Source: a bacterium (GTDB lineage Bacteria; Zhuqueibacterota; QNDG01; DSAB01). Taken from it: 64,000 bases of DNA. The stretch spans positions 129,142 to 193,141 of the forward strand of contig JAFGDT010000086.1 of assembly GCA_016931965.1 (NCBI GenBank). The letters are read 5' to 3'. The notes beneath the pieces are model-generated. The model worked only from the letters and a program-made list of their open reading frames with translations. It made no database searches and was not told the origin of the DNA. Below, piece after piece: positions 9,564 through 19,931 of this stretch; the stretch's first letter is position 1, and the number at the start of each line of letters is the position of its first letter. Made by a program: the position numbers and the translations under genes.

Positions 9564-11543
9564 ATGAACAAAAAAAAAATACAAACGATCTCAGATAAAA
9601 AACGGCAGGACGGTTCCAAGCATCCCCAAATCGTCTTGGTGGGTCAGCCCAATTGTGGAAAGAGCACACTTTTCAACGAAGTCGCGGGTTATCGGGCTGT
9701 GACATCGAATTTCCCTGGTGTTACAGTAACTTATACCAGAAGCCATATCCGTATTGGCGACCGTGTTTACAACATCATTGATCTCCCGGGTATCTACTCT
9801 TTGACGTCTCTCGACCAGGCGGATCTGGAGACCCAACGTTATCTACTTTCGGAACGCGTCGATGTGATCATCAACGTAATCGATGCATCGATCATGAGCC
9901 GCAGTCTTGAACTGACACTGCAGCTTCTTGAACTCGAAATTCCCATGGTCCTCTGTTTAAACATGATCGACGAAGCAAAGAGAAAAGGCATTGAAATCAA
10001 CACAGAAAAGTTATCCGACAAACTGGGGATCCCGATTGTCAAGACAGTGGCTTCAAAAGGAAAGGGTGTGAAATCCCTTTTTGAAGAAGTGCTCAAAATG
10101 GTTTATTTCGGTAAAAAGGGAAAACACATCCGCGGAAACCGCGATGTGGAACTGGTCATCGCCCGTCTGAAAAGGATCTTGACCCAGAATCTGAACAATG
10201 AAATTCCCTTCTCAAAACATCTGTTGGCAACAAAGCTCTTAGAACATGATCGTTTTTTTGAAAATAAAGTCAAGCAGATCCGTCCGGAGCTCATGGAAAA
10301 AATATCCGCTTGCAGACGGGAATTGGCAATCAGCCACGGGCGTTCATCCGATGAAGTGATCAATGCGGAAAGGCATGCGCTCTCCATGTCCATCGTCGAG
10401 CAGACCTGCACTGTCAAAAAACCGCAATTGCACTGGCGGGACCGCATTGATGAAATCCTGATGCACAATATCTGGGGATACCTCTTTTTGGTGATCATTT
10501 TCATCCTCTTTTTTAATCTCATTTTCAGAGTGGGTTCACTCATAGAAACTCCGATGGTTGCATTTTTTGAGAGGGCAGCTCAATCGATCAACACACAATT
10601 GAATCCAGAATTGTTGTACACAGTGATTTTAACGAAAATATTTGAAGGAATCGGCGGCGGTATCGCCATTGTTTTGCCCTATCTTTTCCCTTTTCTGATG
10701 GGATTGGCCTTTTTCGAGGATATCGGATACCTTCCCCGCGTAGCCTTCCTGATGGACACATTCATGCACCGAATCGGACTTCACGGTAAAGCCGTGATCC
10801 CCGCTGTTCTGGGTTATGGATGCAATGTGCCGGCCGTCATGGGCACGCGTATTTTGGAATCGCCGAGGGATCGGTTTATTTCCGCCTTCATCGCCACCAT
10901 GATTCCCTGTGCAGCAAGGATGACGATCATTATGGGTCTTGTCGGCTACTACCTCGGTGGAAACTGGGCTTTAATGATCTATCTTTTAAACCTGATCGTT
11001 GTAGCGCTGTCGGGAACATGGCTCTCCCGAATTCTCCCGGAGGTGACACCGGGTATGGTTCTGGAAATACCGGTTTACCAGATGCCCCGCCTGAAAATCA
11101 TGCTTCGGAAAACCTGGCTTCGTTTAAAGGACTTTATTATCATTGCCTGGCCTCTGTTGATTGCAGGCAGCGCGATCCTGGGATTAATTGATCACTACCA
11201 GCTCACAGACAAAGTCAACCACATGCTTTCGCCCGTTACGGTGATCTTGGGATTGCCGGCAGAAGTCGGCACCACACTGATATTCGGTGTACTTAAAAAA
11301 GAGCTTTCCATGTTGATGCTCTTTCAGGCATTGGGTACAACCGAAATTCTCACGGTGATGAGCAAAACACAGATATTGGTGTTTACCATATTTGTCGTTT
11401 TCTATATCCCCTGTGTGGCCACGATAGGCGTACTTTACAGACAGCTTCGTGGGAAGCGCACGCTCTTCATCGTCGGATTTACATTCATACTGGCCCTGAT
11501 ACTGGGTCTGTTGACAAGAGGATTGGGTGAATTGATCTTTTAG
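9564..11543 (+). CDS. feoB: Ferrous iron transport protein B
   Basis: G-domain GQPNCGKST, NFPGVTV, DLPG, NMID; membrane domain EDIGYLPR, GYGCNVP, PC motifs. Confidence 0.96.
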   Translation: MNKKKIQTISDKKRQDGSKHPQIVLVGQPNCGKSTLFNEVAGYRAVTSNFPGVTVTYTRSHIRIGDRVYNIIDLPGIYSLTSLDQADLETQRYLLSERVDVIINVIDASIMSRSLELTLQLLELEIPMVLCLNMIDEAKRKGIEINTEKLSDKLGIPIVKTVASKGKGVKSLFEEVLKMVYFGKKGKHIRGNRDVELVIARLKRILTQNLNNEIPFSKHLLATKLLEHDRFFENKVKQIRPELMEKISACRRELAISHGRSSDEVINAERHALSMSIVEQTCTVKKPQLHWRDRIDEILMHNIWGYLFLVIIFILFFNLIFRVGSLIETPMVAFFERAAQSINTQLNPELLYTVILTKIFEGIGGGIAIVLPYLFPFLMGLAFFEDIGYLPRVAFLMDTFMHRIGLHGKAVIPAVLGYGCNVPAVMGTRILESPRDRFISAFIATMIPCAARMTIIMGLVGYYLGGNWALMIYLLNLIVVALSGTWLSRILPEVTPGMVLEIPVYQMPRLKIMLRKTWLRLKDFIIIAWPLLIAGSAILGLIDHYQLTDKVNHMLSPVTVILGLPAEVGTTLIFGVLKKELSMLMLFQALGTTEILTVMSKTQILVFTIFVVFYIPCVATIGVLYRQLRGKRTLFIVGFTFILALILGLLTRGLGELIF

Positions 11544-11554
11544 GGGGGCAAAAC

Positions 11555-12562
11555 ATGAAAGAAGCTAGACTTTATCATAACCTGAAAGACAACAAAATTC
11601 AATGTGACACATGCGCACATCACTGTAGGTTAACGATAGGGCAGCGAGGGATTTGCGGCGTAATGGAAAACAGAGATGGCGTACTGATCAGTCTGGTCTA
11701 CGGGAAAACCATAGCCTGTCATGTAGATCCGATTGAGAAAAAACCGCTCTTCCATTTTTATCCTGGCACACGGTCCCTCTCCATGGCGACCGTTGGCTGC
11801 AACATGCACTGTCTGAACTGCCAGAATGCGGATATTTCTCAGATGCCGAGGGATCACAACCGGATACAGGGTCAGGACTTGCCCCCCGAGCTTCTTGTCC
11901 AATCTGCAATCGACCGTCGCTGCAGAACGATTGCCTACACCTACACGGAACCCGTCATTTTCTGGGACTATGCTTACGACACGGCGCAGTTGGCTCACGA
12001 AAAGGGGATCAGGAACATCTTCGTCACAAATGGATACTTTTCTGAAGAATCATTGAAAGCAATTTCACCCTATCTCGATGGGGCCAATGTGGACCTGAAA
12101 TTTATGAATGATAAAAATTATCGGTCCATCTGCGGAGCCAAATTACAGCCGGTACTGGATACGATCCGTTCCATGAAAGCACTACATATCTGGGTTGAAG
12201 TCACAACCTTGCTCATTCCTGGATTGAACGATTCCCAGGATGAATTGACCGATCTGGCCCGTTTCATTCACGACTGTGATCCCGGAATCCCCTGGCATAT
12301 CAGCCGGTTTCATCCAACCTATAAAATGATGGATCGTCCGCCCACTCCCATCGTTTCCATTCAAAAAGCCCGCCAAATCGGTCTGGATGTGGGACTCAAA
12401 TATGTCTACACAGGCAATGTCCCCGGCGAAGAAGGCGAGTCCACTTTTTGTCATCATTGTGGCGCCCGGCTGATTCATCGCTGGGGATTCGAGGTAACGG
12501 CCAACCGGCTGGTGGATGGAAAATGTCCTGAATGTAGTATGACAATCGACGGTGTATGGTGA
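11555..12562 (+). CDS. amrS: AmmeMemoRadiSam system radical SAM enzyme
   Basis: N-terminal CDTCAHHC..C, DPIEKKPLFHFYPG, GCNMHCLNCQN, AYTYTEP, C-terminal CxxC pairs. Confidence 0.92.
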   Translation: MKEARLYHNLKDNKIQCDTCAHHCRLTIGQRGICGVMENRDGVLISLVYGKTIACHVDPIEKKPLFHFYPGTRSLSMATVGCNMHCLNCQNADISQMPRDHNRIQGQDLPPELLVQSAIDRRCRTIAYTYTEPVIFWDYAYDTAQLAHEKGIRNIFVTNGYFSEESLKAISPYLDGANVDLKFMNDKNYRSICGAKLQPVLDTIRSMKALHIWVEVTTLLIPGLNDSQDELTDLARFIHDCDPGIPWHISRFHPTYKMMDRPPTPIVSIQKARQIGLDVGLKYVYTGNVPGEEGESTFCHHCGARLIHRWGFEVTANRLVDGKCPECSMTIDGVW

Positions 12563-12667
12563 TTTGCTTAATGATAATCAATACTGTTGAACGATACAGC
12601 AGGAGAATGCTCACTCAATTTTGATTGATGAAACCCATTTTCACGCGATTTAAACGAGGGAAAGACC

Positions 12668-13876
12668 ATGGTTGAGCCAAAAATGTTTTACAGGGAGCTG
12701 GATTCCATACTGGCAAAGATTGGAAGAGAAAAATCGGATAAAAACTTTTTCGAAACGATCTTAAATGAATTGGAGCAGAAATTTGGGGCGGTTCTGAATA
12801 TCGCAAACGGTTATATATACGAACAGAGAGGTGACGAGTTCATTTTGGTCCATACGCTGAATAAAAAAAGCGGAGATTGTCTGACCAAAAGGATACCTCG
12901 AAATGCAGAATCGATTGAACAAATAAGAAAGAGCGGAAGGATTATTTTCAGTGAACCTGAATTGGGTAAAGATTTTGGTAAAAACGCCTGCAAGGGCGAT
13001 TTGACGCTGGCGGCTATATCGGTTCACAATCCGGCAAGGCAGTGGATCTTTGTTTTCCAATTGAAAAAAGGCTGGCTTCAGGAAGAAGTCACACTCTTTC
13101 TCAATGCGATGCGAACCGCCTTAAATTACCGGCTTTTTTCGGAAATGATGCGGAGTGATCTCAAAAGGGCTGAACAGATCCAGAAGAGTTTGCTGCCCCA
13201 GGAAGTACCGAAAGTCAAGGGATACGAAATGTATGGGTATTCCCAGCCCGCCGAAATTGTCGGAGGGGATTTTTACGACTATTTTCAATTTGATGAAGAG
13301 GATTTCGGCGCCAGCATCGGTGACGCAAGCGGACATGGCCTGCCGGCCGCTCTGCTTGTCCGGGACGTGGTCATCGGCCTGCGAATGGGTTTGGCCAGAG
13401 AAATGCGGCTGGTTCACACCATTCGAAAACTCAATCAGGTGATTCAGCGATCAACCTATGCGACCAATTTTGTATCGCTTTTTATCGGAGAAGTCGAAAG
13501 CGACGGCCATTTTTTCTTTGTGAATGCAGGACATCCTCCACCCTTTTTAATTGCGGGGAATGATATTTACGATCTGAAGGCAACAGGCCTGACACTCGGA
13601 TTCATGCCCGAAATTGAACTGACCCGCTCCTATATTTTCATGAAACCCGGCTCGGTTTTGACGCTGTACAGCGACGGCATTGCCGAACGACAGGACAAAT
13701 TTGAAGAGCAGTTCGGCATGGACAAATTCAAAAAGCTCGTGAGTGAAAATCAGGACAAGTCAGCCAAAGACATTGTCAATATCATATTCAATGCGGTCTA
13801 CGATTTCGGAGGCAGAACAAGCTGGGAAGATGATGCGACCGTGATTGTGATCAAAAGGCTGGCAGACAACAAATAA
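12668..13876 (+). CDS. PP2C/SpoIIE (RsbU-like) Ser/Thr phosphatase with N-terminal GAF-like domain
   Basis: IQKSLLP, VGGDFYD, IGDASGHG, NAGH, YSDGIAE, DDATV. Confidence 0.92.
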   Translation: MVEPKMFYRELDSILAKIGREKSDKNFFETILNELEQKFGAVLNIANGYIYEQRGDEFILVHTLNKKSGDCLTKRIPRNAESIEQIRKSGRIIFSEPELGKDFGKNACKGDLTLAAISVHNPARQWIFVFQLKKGWLQEEVTLFLNAMRTALNYRLFSEMMRSDLKRAEQIQKSLLPQEVPKVKGYEMYGYSQPAEIVGGDFYDYFQFDEEDFGASIGDASGHGLPAALLVRDVVIGLRMGLAREMRLVHTIRKLNQVIQRSTYATNFVSLFIGEVESDGHFFFVNAGHPPPFLIAGNDIYDLKATGLTLGFMPEIELTRSYIFMKPGSVLTLYSDGIAERQDKFEEQFGMDKFKKLVSENQDKSAKDIVNIIFNAVYDFGGRTSWEDDATVIVIKRLADNK

Positions 13877-13905
13877 CACAACTCAGAAATATAAGCCGAC
13901 ATTCT

Positions 13906-14004
13906 GTAGGTCCTATATTTCCTGACACCTGTTTTTGTGAAAGGACTATCGGATAATGAAATGTCCGAAAGTCCCGTGAAAAAATCGGGACATTTCGGAC
14001 CTAC
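13906..14004. repeat. GTAG-terminated palindromic REP doublet
   Basis: GTAGGTCC at 13906-13913 and GGACCTAC at 13997-14004; internal hairpin gtccgaaagtcccg..cgggacatttcggac. Confidence 0.6.
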
Positions 14005-14051
14005 GACTGAGAAACAAGATAAACTATAACAAGAATAGAGGATAAATATCA

Positions 14052-14837
14052 ATGCAGGTTATTGATCTCACTGAGAAACATAAAGAACTCTATTTTCAAT
14101 GCCTCGAAGACTGGTCTGAGGAGATGAAAGAGACCGGCGACCATAAAGCCTGCTGGTACGAAAAGATAAAGGATAAAGGACTGCGTGTCAAACTCGCCCT
14201 CGATGAAAAGGGAGAGGTGGGCGGCATGATTCAATACATTCCGGTTGAGTACGCGCCAATAGAGGGAACCGATCTCTATTTTGTGAATTGCATCTGGGTT
14301 CATGGGCACAAAAAGGGAAGAGGCAATTTCCAGAAAAAGGGCATGGGAAAAGCCCTCATCCGTGCAGCTGAAGAGGATGTGAAAACGAAAGGAGCCGAAG
14401 GACTGGCCGCCTGGGGTCTTGCTTTGCCCATCTGGATGAAAGCCTCCTGGTTTAAAAAACAGGGATACCGAAAAGTGGATCGTCAGGGAATTCAGGTGCT
14501 CCTTTGGAAACCTTTCATGCAGGATGCCATTCCGCCAAAATGGATCCGACAGAAGAAAAAACCTGAAAAACAGAAGGGCAAAGTGGTTGTGACCGCTCTT
14601 CTCAATGGCTGGTGTTCGGCACAAAATATCATCTTTGAAAGAGCAAAACGGGCGGCTGCGGAATTAGGCGACCGTGTTGTTTTTCAGGAAATCAATACAT
14701 TCAACAGAGATACATTCCTGGAATGGGGCATCAGCGACGCTCTCTTTATCGATGACAAACAAATGACAAGCGGCCCCCCTCCTTCCTATAAAAAAATAAA
14801 AAAACGCATTGCCAAAAGAATGAAAAAAATTTCTTAG
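14052..14837 (+). CDS. GNAT family acetyltransferase with C-terminal thioredoxin-like domain
   Basis: Acetyl-CoA motif QKKGMGKALI; FKKQGY; C-terminal GWCSAQN. Confidence 0.8.
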   Translation: MQVIDLTEKHKELYFQCLEDWSEEMKETGDHKACWYEKIKDKGLRVKLALDEKGEVGGMIQYIPVEYAPIEGTDLYFVNCIWVHGHKKGRGNFQKKGMGKALIRAAEEDVKTKGAEGLAAWGLALPIWMKASWFKKQGYRKVDRQGIQVLLWKPFMQDAIPPKWIRQKKKPEKQKGKVVVTALLNGWCSAQNIIFERAKRAAAELGDRVVFQEINTFNRDTFLEWGISDALFIDDKQMTSGPPPSYKKIKKRIAKRMKKIS

Positions 14838-14845
14838 CGAATCGA

Positions 14846-15673
14846 ATGCAAAATAGACTGATTATTTCGGAAGTATCGTGTCAATCAATCATCAACCGCT
14901 CACGCATTCCAGGCCTGGACTACACGATCAATCCCTACACAGGCTGTCAGCACGGTTGTATCTACTGTTATGCGCGGTTTATGATCAAATACACACACCA
15001 TCAAACTGAATGGGGCAGCTTCATCGATGTGAAGATAAATGGCCCTGAAGTCTTGAAAAAACAGCTCACGAAACTGTCGAGAGGTCTGGTTTCCCTCAGC
15101 ACGGTGACCGATCCGTATCAGGCTTCAGAGAATAGGTATCAAATCACCCGAAAAATTCTGATCGAACTGCTGAAACATCGGTTTCCCGTTTCAATACTCA
15201 CGAAATCCAATCTTGTGTTGAGGGATATCGATGTACTAAAACAATTTGATCAAAATGCGTGTGAAGTGGGTTTCAGCATAAACACTTTGGATGAAAATAT
15301 TCGCAACCATTTCGAACCGCATGCCCCTTCCATCCAGAAACGAATCGAGTCGCTCAAAATACTCCACAAGGAGGGGATCAAGACCTGGGTCTTCCTAGCG
15401 CCGATTCTGCCTGTCCTGACCACGAATTCATTGAATCCCCTGCTCGATGAAATTAAAAACAACGTCGATTATGTGCTTGTCGATAGATTGAATATCAAAT
15501 GTGGAAACTGGAACCGTATCGCAAAAGTGATAACGAAGGAATACCCTTCTCTTTTCCCTATATGGCAAAAGAATTGTTTCTCAAAAGAAAAACAGAATGC
15601 ATGTTATCATGACATCCGTAAAAAGATTGACGACTACTGTCGTCGTAACAATTGGAGAGTGCAATTCTGTTGA
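14846..15673 (+). CDS. Radical SAM protein, spore photoproduct lyase-like family
   Basis: INPYTGCQHGCIYCYA, STVTDPYQ, ILTKS, FEPHAPS. Confidence 0.88.
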   Translation: MQNRLIISEVSCQSIINRSRIPGLDYTINPYTGCQHGCIYCYARFMIKYTHHQTEWGSFIDVKINGPEVLKKQLTKLSRGLVSLSTVTDPYQASENRYQITRKILIELLKHRFPVSILTKSNLVLRDIDVLKQFDQNACEVGFSINTLDENIRNHFEPHAPSIQKRIESLKILHKEGIKTWVFLAPILPVLTTNSLNPLLDEIKNNVDYVLVDRLNIKCGNWNRIAKVITKEYPSLFPIWQKNCFSKEKQNACYHDIRKKIDDYCRRNNWRVQFC

Positions 15674-15786
15674 TACATAAAATAAAATCATGTTTGAAAA
15701 TAAAATGAACTTTATCCGAAATAAAAAGTTAAATCTTTATTAAAATTAGAAAAAGTCTTTATAAAAAAATCGAGAAGGAGGAATCC

Positions 15787-16221
15787 ATGTCCATTTTCAT
15801 TTGTCGTGTGTGCGGTCATATCGAATTTGGAGTAGCCCCCGAACGCTGTCCGGTCTGTGGAGCGTCCAAGAAGAGTTTCGATCAGAAAGACAGTATTTTT
15901 ATCGAATCGGAAGAAAAGAGCAAAGAGGCGGCCGTGAAACACATCCCTGCGATCACAGTGAACAAGGAATGCGGTTTGATTCCTGGCCAGGGCTGTGTTG
16001 ACGTCATTGTCCGCATTGGTGAAACACTGCATCCCATGGAAGCCGCTCACTTCATTCAATGGATTGACTGCTATGTGGATGATCACTATGTGTCGAGGGT
16101 TTATCTGACGCCGGGCGTTTACGCGGCAGGCTGTTTTCACCTGAAAACAACCGGCTCCAAAGTAAGGATTGTAGAAAACTGCAACATACACGGTTACTGG
16201 CAGGCCGAAGCCAATTTATAG
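15787..16221 (+). CDS. Superoxide reductase with N-terminal rubredoxin-like domain
   Basis: CRVCGH..CPVCGA; SOR ligands KH, HPM, HFIQWI, CNIHG. Confidence 0.88.
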   Translation: MSIFICRVCGHIEFGVAPERCPVCGASKKSFDQKDSIFIESEEKSKEAAVKHIPAITVNKECGLIPGQGCVDVIVRIGETLHPMEAAHFIQWIDCYVDDHYVSRVYLTPGVYAAGCFHLKTTGSKVRIVENCNIHGYWQAEANL

Positions 16222-16249
16222 TAGATCATTCTTTAAGAGGAAGACAAAT

Positions 16250-16280
16250 TCCCGAAATCTACTTTCAGTAGATTTCGGGA
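16250..16280. terminator. Hairpin between convergent genes
   Basis: tcccgaaatctact-ttc-agtagatttcggga, 14-bp perfect stem; U tract weak. Confidence 0.55.
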
Positions 16281-16340
16281 TGATGACCTTCTAAAAACCT
16301 TCATACATGTATGATATCCTGTCCTGTTTACATTTTTTTG

Positions 16341-16380
16341 ATCTTGGTAATCCTGGAATCCCATAAATCCCGGTTCAGAC
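16341..16380 (-). repeat. Half copy of the GTCTGAACCxGGATT element overlapping a stop codon
   Basis: aaatcccggttcagac with preceding AATCC units. Confidence 0.7.
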
Positions 16381-16923
16381 ACCCTCACCTTTCTTCCTCT
16401 GTACCTTATACCGCTCCCGAATTTTTAAAAACACTGCATTATACATCCCCTTTTTGAAATCGGGAAAACTCCAGGGATATGGATCATACTTCCCTTTCTC
16501 ATAATGAAGTGTCAGATCCGCCCAGATTCCGTGATCAAGATAGATTTTTTGTCCGTTGTACTTGGCTGAAGCCAGAACCACCTTGTCATAATCTAAATAA
16601 CCCGAATCCAGATTGACTTTCCTTTTGCCCCGAATGGACAATTGTCCCTCAATGGCATTGGTCTCGAGTTTGATCCGGGCAATATCTTTGGGATGAATCA
16701 GACGGTCAAACGAAATGAACAATCGAAATATCGGAGATCCCATCTCCGGTTCATAATAATCCGTAATGGTAAACTCAAAAGTCCGACTCTTGAAGTCAAT
16801 TTTTCCATATTGTTTCTCAAGCAGATTCAATGCCTTTTGAAGAAGCTCCTCATCGCTGTAGAGAATGCCGACAAACAATTTAACACAATCGGGTTTTTTA
16901 GGTTGCATTACATCGGTCTCCAT
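16375..16923 (-). CDS. DUF4416 family protein
   Basis: F..TDYY..EMG, IKLETN.IE, RKVNLDSGY, LASAK, IYL..GIWADLTL, PWSFPDF. Confidence 0.8.
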   Translation of the reverse strand: METDVMQPKKPDCVKLFVGILYSDEELLQKALNLLEKQYGKIDFKSRTFEFTITDYYEPEMGSPIFRLFISFDRLIHPKDIARIKLETNAIEGQLSIRGKRKVNLDSGYLDYDKVVLASAKYNGQKIYLDHGIWADLTLHYEKGKYDPYPWSFPDFKKGMYNAVFLKIRERYKVQRKKGEGV

Positions 16924-17783
16924 TCCTTATTCGGTACCCAGATGCCCATCTCTCTCTCCCTCGCCATATTCGACTCGATTGCCGCCAAGGCCTCCTCCAC
17001 AAGCTGTGAATCGATTCCAAAAATCTGAGAAATGGTCGCATGATAGTGGTCCTTGATATTGACATTTTTCTTTCTCTCGAAATCGGTCTCCCGCATAAAT
17101 GTCTTGTGAATATAGATCATGCGACTTTTCTCAATCTTGGTCAAGCAGAGTCCATGCATCGAATTCCAGGAGAATGAATCGAGCCAGTATGTGAGAAAAT
17201 CTTTGTCCGATACGGGCTTATCTTGGAAGCGATACCGCCACTTTCTCTCAGTCTGATCAAACGTGAACAGCTCGTATGTCTCACCCTCTTGCCGAAAATC
17301 CACCTCCACACCTGAAAAGGGTGTCTTATAAAGCCTGTTCTGATCTTTACTGATCTCTAAAGGCTGATTCAGCAGGTAACCCGGATCAACCAGATATTTC
17401 TTTCGATTCATGATAACCAAAAGGGCACAGTGGACACGTTTCCCCCATCGCATATCGGCCATGACGGGATAACAAGCGAATCCGAAATCAATCAGAATTG
17501 TCTGAAGAAAAAAAGTCAGAGAAAAACAGGTGCCTCCAAGACGATGGCTGACATGGTTGTCCATCACCTCATAGGGAAGTCTGATTTTGACTGGCCCATC
17601 AAAGTGTTTCTGGTATTTGATGATCTTGCTGATATTTTCATAAGGGAATTGAGAAAAATAAGAAAGAATCTCTTCCAAGAGATCCGTTTCGGACAGACCC
17701 TTTCCGAGAGAGAAATGGTGTTTGAAATAATCGACGGCTTCCCGATGAGATGACGGATTCAGTATGATGGCGGATGAATGCAT
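16908..17783 (-). CDS. Arylamine N-acetyltransferase family protein
   Basis: PYENISK, GGTCF (Cys), HCAL (His), LVDPGY (Asp) triad. Confidence 0.8.
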   Translation of the reverse strand: MHSSAIILNPSSHREAVDYFKHHFSLGKGLSETDLLEEILSYFSQFPYENISKIIKYQKHFDGPVKIRLPYEVMDNHVSHRLGGTCFSLTFFLQTILIDFGFACYPVMADMRWGKRVHCALLVIMNRKKYLVDPGYLLNQPLEISKDQNRLYKTPFSGVEVDFRQEGETYELFTFDQTERKWRYRFQDKPVSDKDFLTYWLDSFSWNSMHGLCLTKIEKSRMIYIHKTFMRETDFERKKNVNIKDHYHATISQIFGIDSQLVEEALAAIESNMAREREMGIWVPNKEWRPM

Positions 17784-17978
17784 GATGATCGTATAAAAAA
17801 TGATTTCATAAATCCAAATAATTTGTGATCCTCTAAAAATTAAATCAACAGAGCCTAAAAATCAACCTGAATTTAAAAGGGAGATATGAATTCTTGAATA
17901 TACTGATGTACAATCCTGTAACAAAGAACATCTAAAATGTATCTTAGAATGCAGGCGCATTTTTCCCGTTTTTGAATA

Positions 17979-17995
17979 TTGGCCTGTTTTTTGCA
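17979..17995 (+). promoter_or_regulatory. Sigma54 -24/-12 promoter upstream of the M23 peptidase
   Basis: TTGGCCTGTTTTTTGCA, exact GG-N10-GC spacing. Confidence 0.65.
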
Positions 17996-18022
17996 CAAGA
18001 TATTAAATAACTGTTTAATCAA

Positions 18023-18949
18023 ATGTTGAATGAAGTGATTGATAAATTTATGCCAAGAAAATCTTACATAATCGCAATAGGCAAACCGGAAAAAGATTCC
18101 TTTTTCAGTTTTGGATTGACACACACAAAACTGGCAATAGCCATCTTCATTCTCATTGGCAGTTTAACAACCATTTCATATTTATTATCGCAGTCGGTTC
18201 ACCGACTCTATACAAATTATAAACTGATCCATGTGAAAAATGAAAACAACCTCCTCAAACAATCCATTGCATCAATGGAAGTAAAGATCGATAATCTCAG
18301 TTCGACTCTGAATAATCTACAAGAAAGAAACAATCAAATTCGGATCACTGCTGGCCTATCCCTTCCAGACATAACATATGGTGTTGGAGGACCAGAATCA
18401 TCAATGATGACAAATCGAATCAATCCACCAGAACTTCAAAATGTAAAATTGAACCTTGAAAATCTCGAGAATCGTATCAATATGCTTCTCTACAGCACCA
18501 GAGATCTTGAAGAGACTATTTCTTCAAAAATTTTAGAGATCAGTCATTTCCCATCGATTCGACCGGTCAAAGGCGGTTGGTACTCTTCCGGTTTCGGCCA
18601 ACGAATCGACCCGTTTACTGGAGAAACGGAAGATCATCCAGGCCTCGATATTTCCATCAAACCCGAATCCGAAGTTTTTGCATCAGCGGCGGGAACGGTA
18701 AAAGCTGTGAATACGAAGGTCATCAAAAACAAGGGATATGGAAAATACATCCTCATCGACCATGGATATGGTTATGAAACGCTTTATGCGCATCTGTCAA
18801 AAATTTACGTCAACGAAGGTCAAAAGGTCAAAAGGGGGGACCTTATCGGACTGACGGGAAATACAGGAAAATCCACCGCTCCACATCTTCATTATGGCGT
18901 TTTCGTTAACGGTGAACCAAAGAATCCTTTCAATTTCATTTTAAATTAG
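18023..18949 (+). CDS. M23 family metallopeptidase with TM anchor and coiled coil
   Basis: HPGLD, YETLYAHL, GNTGKSTAPHLHY. Confidence 0.92.
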   Translation: MLNEVIDKFMPRKSYIIAIGKPEKDSFFSFGLTHTKLAIAIFILIGSLTTISYLLSQSVHRLYTNYKLIHVKNENNLLKQSIASMEVKIDNLSSTLNNLQERNNQIRITAGLSLPDITYGVGGPESSMMTNRINPPELQNVKLNLENLENRINMLLYSTRDLEETISSKILEISHFPSIRPVKGGWYSSGFGQRIDPFTGETEDHPGLDISIKPESEVFASAAGTVKAVNTKVIKNKGYGKYILIDHGYGYETLYAHLSKIYVNEGQKVKRGDLIGLTGNTGKSTAPHLHYGVFVNGEPKNPFNFILN

Positions 18950-19603
18950 ACCGATACCATTATCTTTCATATTCGAATGATCCAACAATACATGTTGTAT
19001 CGGACAGCGTATGCATTCCTCATCCGATATTTGAATATAATGGGGAAAGATAAATTGATAAGAGCGAATTCCCAGTGTTTCGGCCGCACGAATGTTTTCA
19101 ATAGTATCGTCGATAAACACACAATCCTTTGCGCGGGCTCGGATTTTCTTCAGTGTGTAATGGAAAATTTTTATATCGGGTTTGATCATACCCACTCTGT
19201 AAGAATAGATAATATGATCAAAATAGTGAAAAAAGGGGAAATGTTTTTCAATATACTCCATATGCAAAACATTTGTATTGGATAGAAGCACGAGTTGATA
19301 TCTCGTTTTGAATTGAGGCAGTAAATCAATCATGGGTTGAATAGGAGAGAAGATCTGCTGCCAAACCTTTTCAAAAAATCCAAAAGAAAAATTTCCGCCC
19401 ATATCTCTTTTAACGCGCTCATAAAACATGTGACTATCGATGAATCCTTTCTCGTATTGGAGATAGTGATCAGAACGGATCAATATATTGAGTATGTCTT
19501 CAATGGACATCGAATGGAGTCGATCACAGATTTTCTGTAAGGATTGTTTCGTGTCAATTTGAATAAAAATGCCGCCCAAATCGAATATAATTGTTTTAAT
19601 CAC
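18941..19603 (-). CDS. HAD-superfamily phosphatase (YihX-like)
   Basis: IIFDLGGI, LLSNT, KPD..IF, FIDD..EN. Confidence 0.9.
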   Translation of the reverse strand: MIKTIIFDLGGIFIQIDTKQSLQKICDRLHSMSIEDILNILIRSDHYLQYEKGFIDSHMFYERVKRDMGGNFSFGFFEKVWQQIFSPIQPMIDLLPQFKTRYQLVLLSNTNVLHMEYIEKHFPFFHYFDHIIYSYRVGMIKPDIKIFHYTLKKIRARAKDCVFIDDTIENIRAAETLGIRSYQFIFPHYIQISDEECIRCPIQHVLLDHSNMKDNGIGLI

Positions 19604-19762
19604 AAAAAAATGCCTCCTCCAAGAGACTCCAATTCGAATATCTCTTTATCCAAATCATGATTTTATTGTTAATAAAGATACAAATACGAATAAGATAAAA
19701 TCAAGCTGTTATTCTCAAAATCCAAGAAGACCTTTGTAGATGAAAGACCAAAACCATCCAAC

Positions 19763-19814
19763 AAAAAACCCGACATTTTATTGGAATTGCCATCATTCCC
19801 ATCAAGTCGGGTTT
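19763..19814 (-). terminator. Intrinsic terminator downstream of the chemoreceptor gene
   Basis: Minus strand AAACCCGAC...GTCGGGTTT followed by a U tract. Confidence 0.65.
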
Positions 19815-19931
19815 CTGAATACAATAATGAGGAATAGAATCTTAGAATATGGATCTGGCTCTCAGTGGCATGGTAAACACTAACGAAGGTTGTTGACGAA
19901 ACGGCTCTCTAAACTGATGCAAAGATCCATT

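Noticed and set aside
19815..19931. Possible riboswitch upstream of the HAD gene (GCCACTG, AGCCAG, 7-bp closing stem)
   Set aside because: Core cobalamin, TPP and SAM motifs are missing; more simply the chemoreceptor 3' UTR with a terminator. An Rfam scan would settle it.
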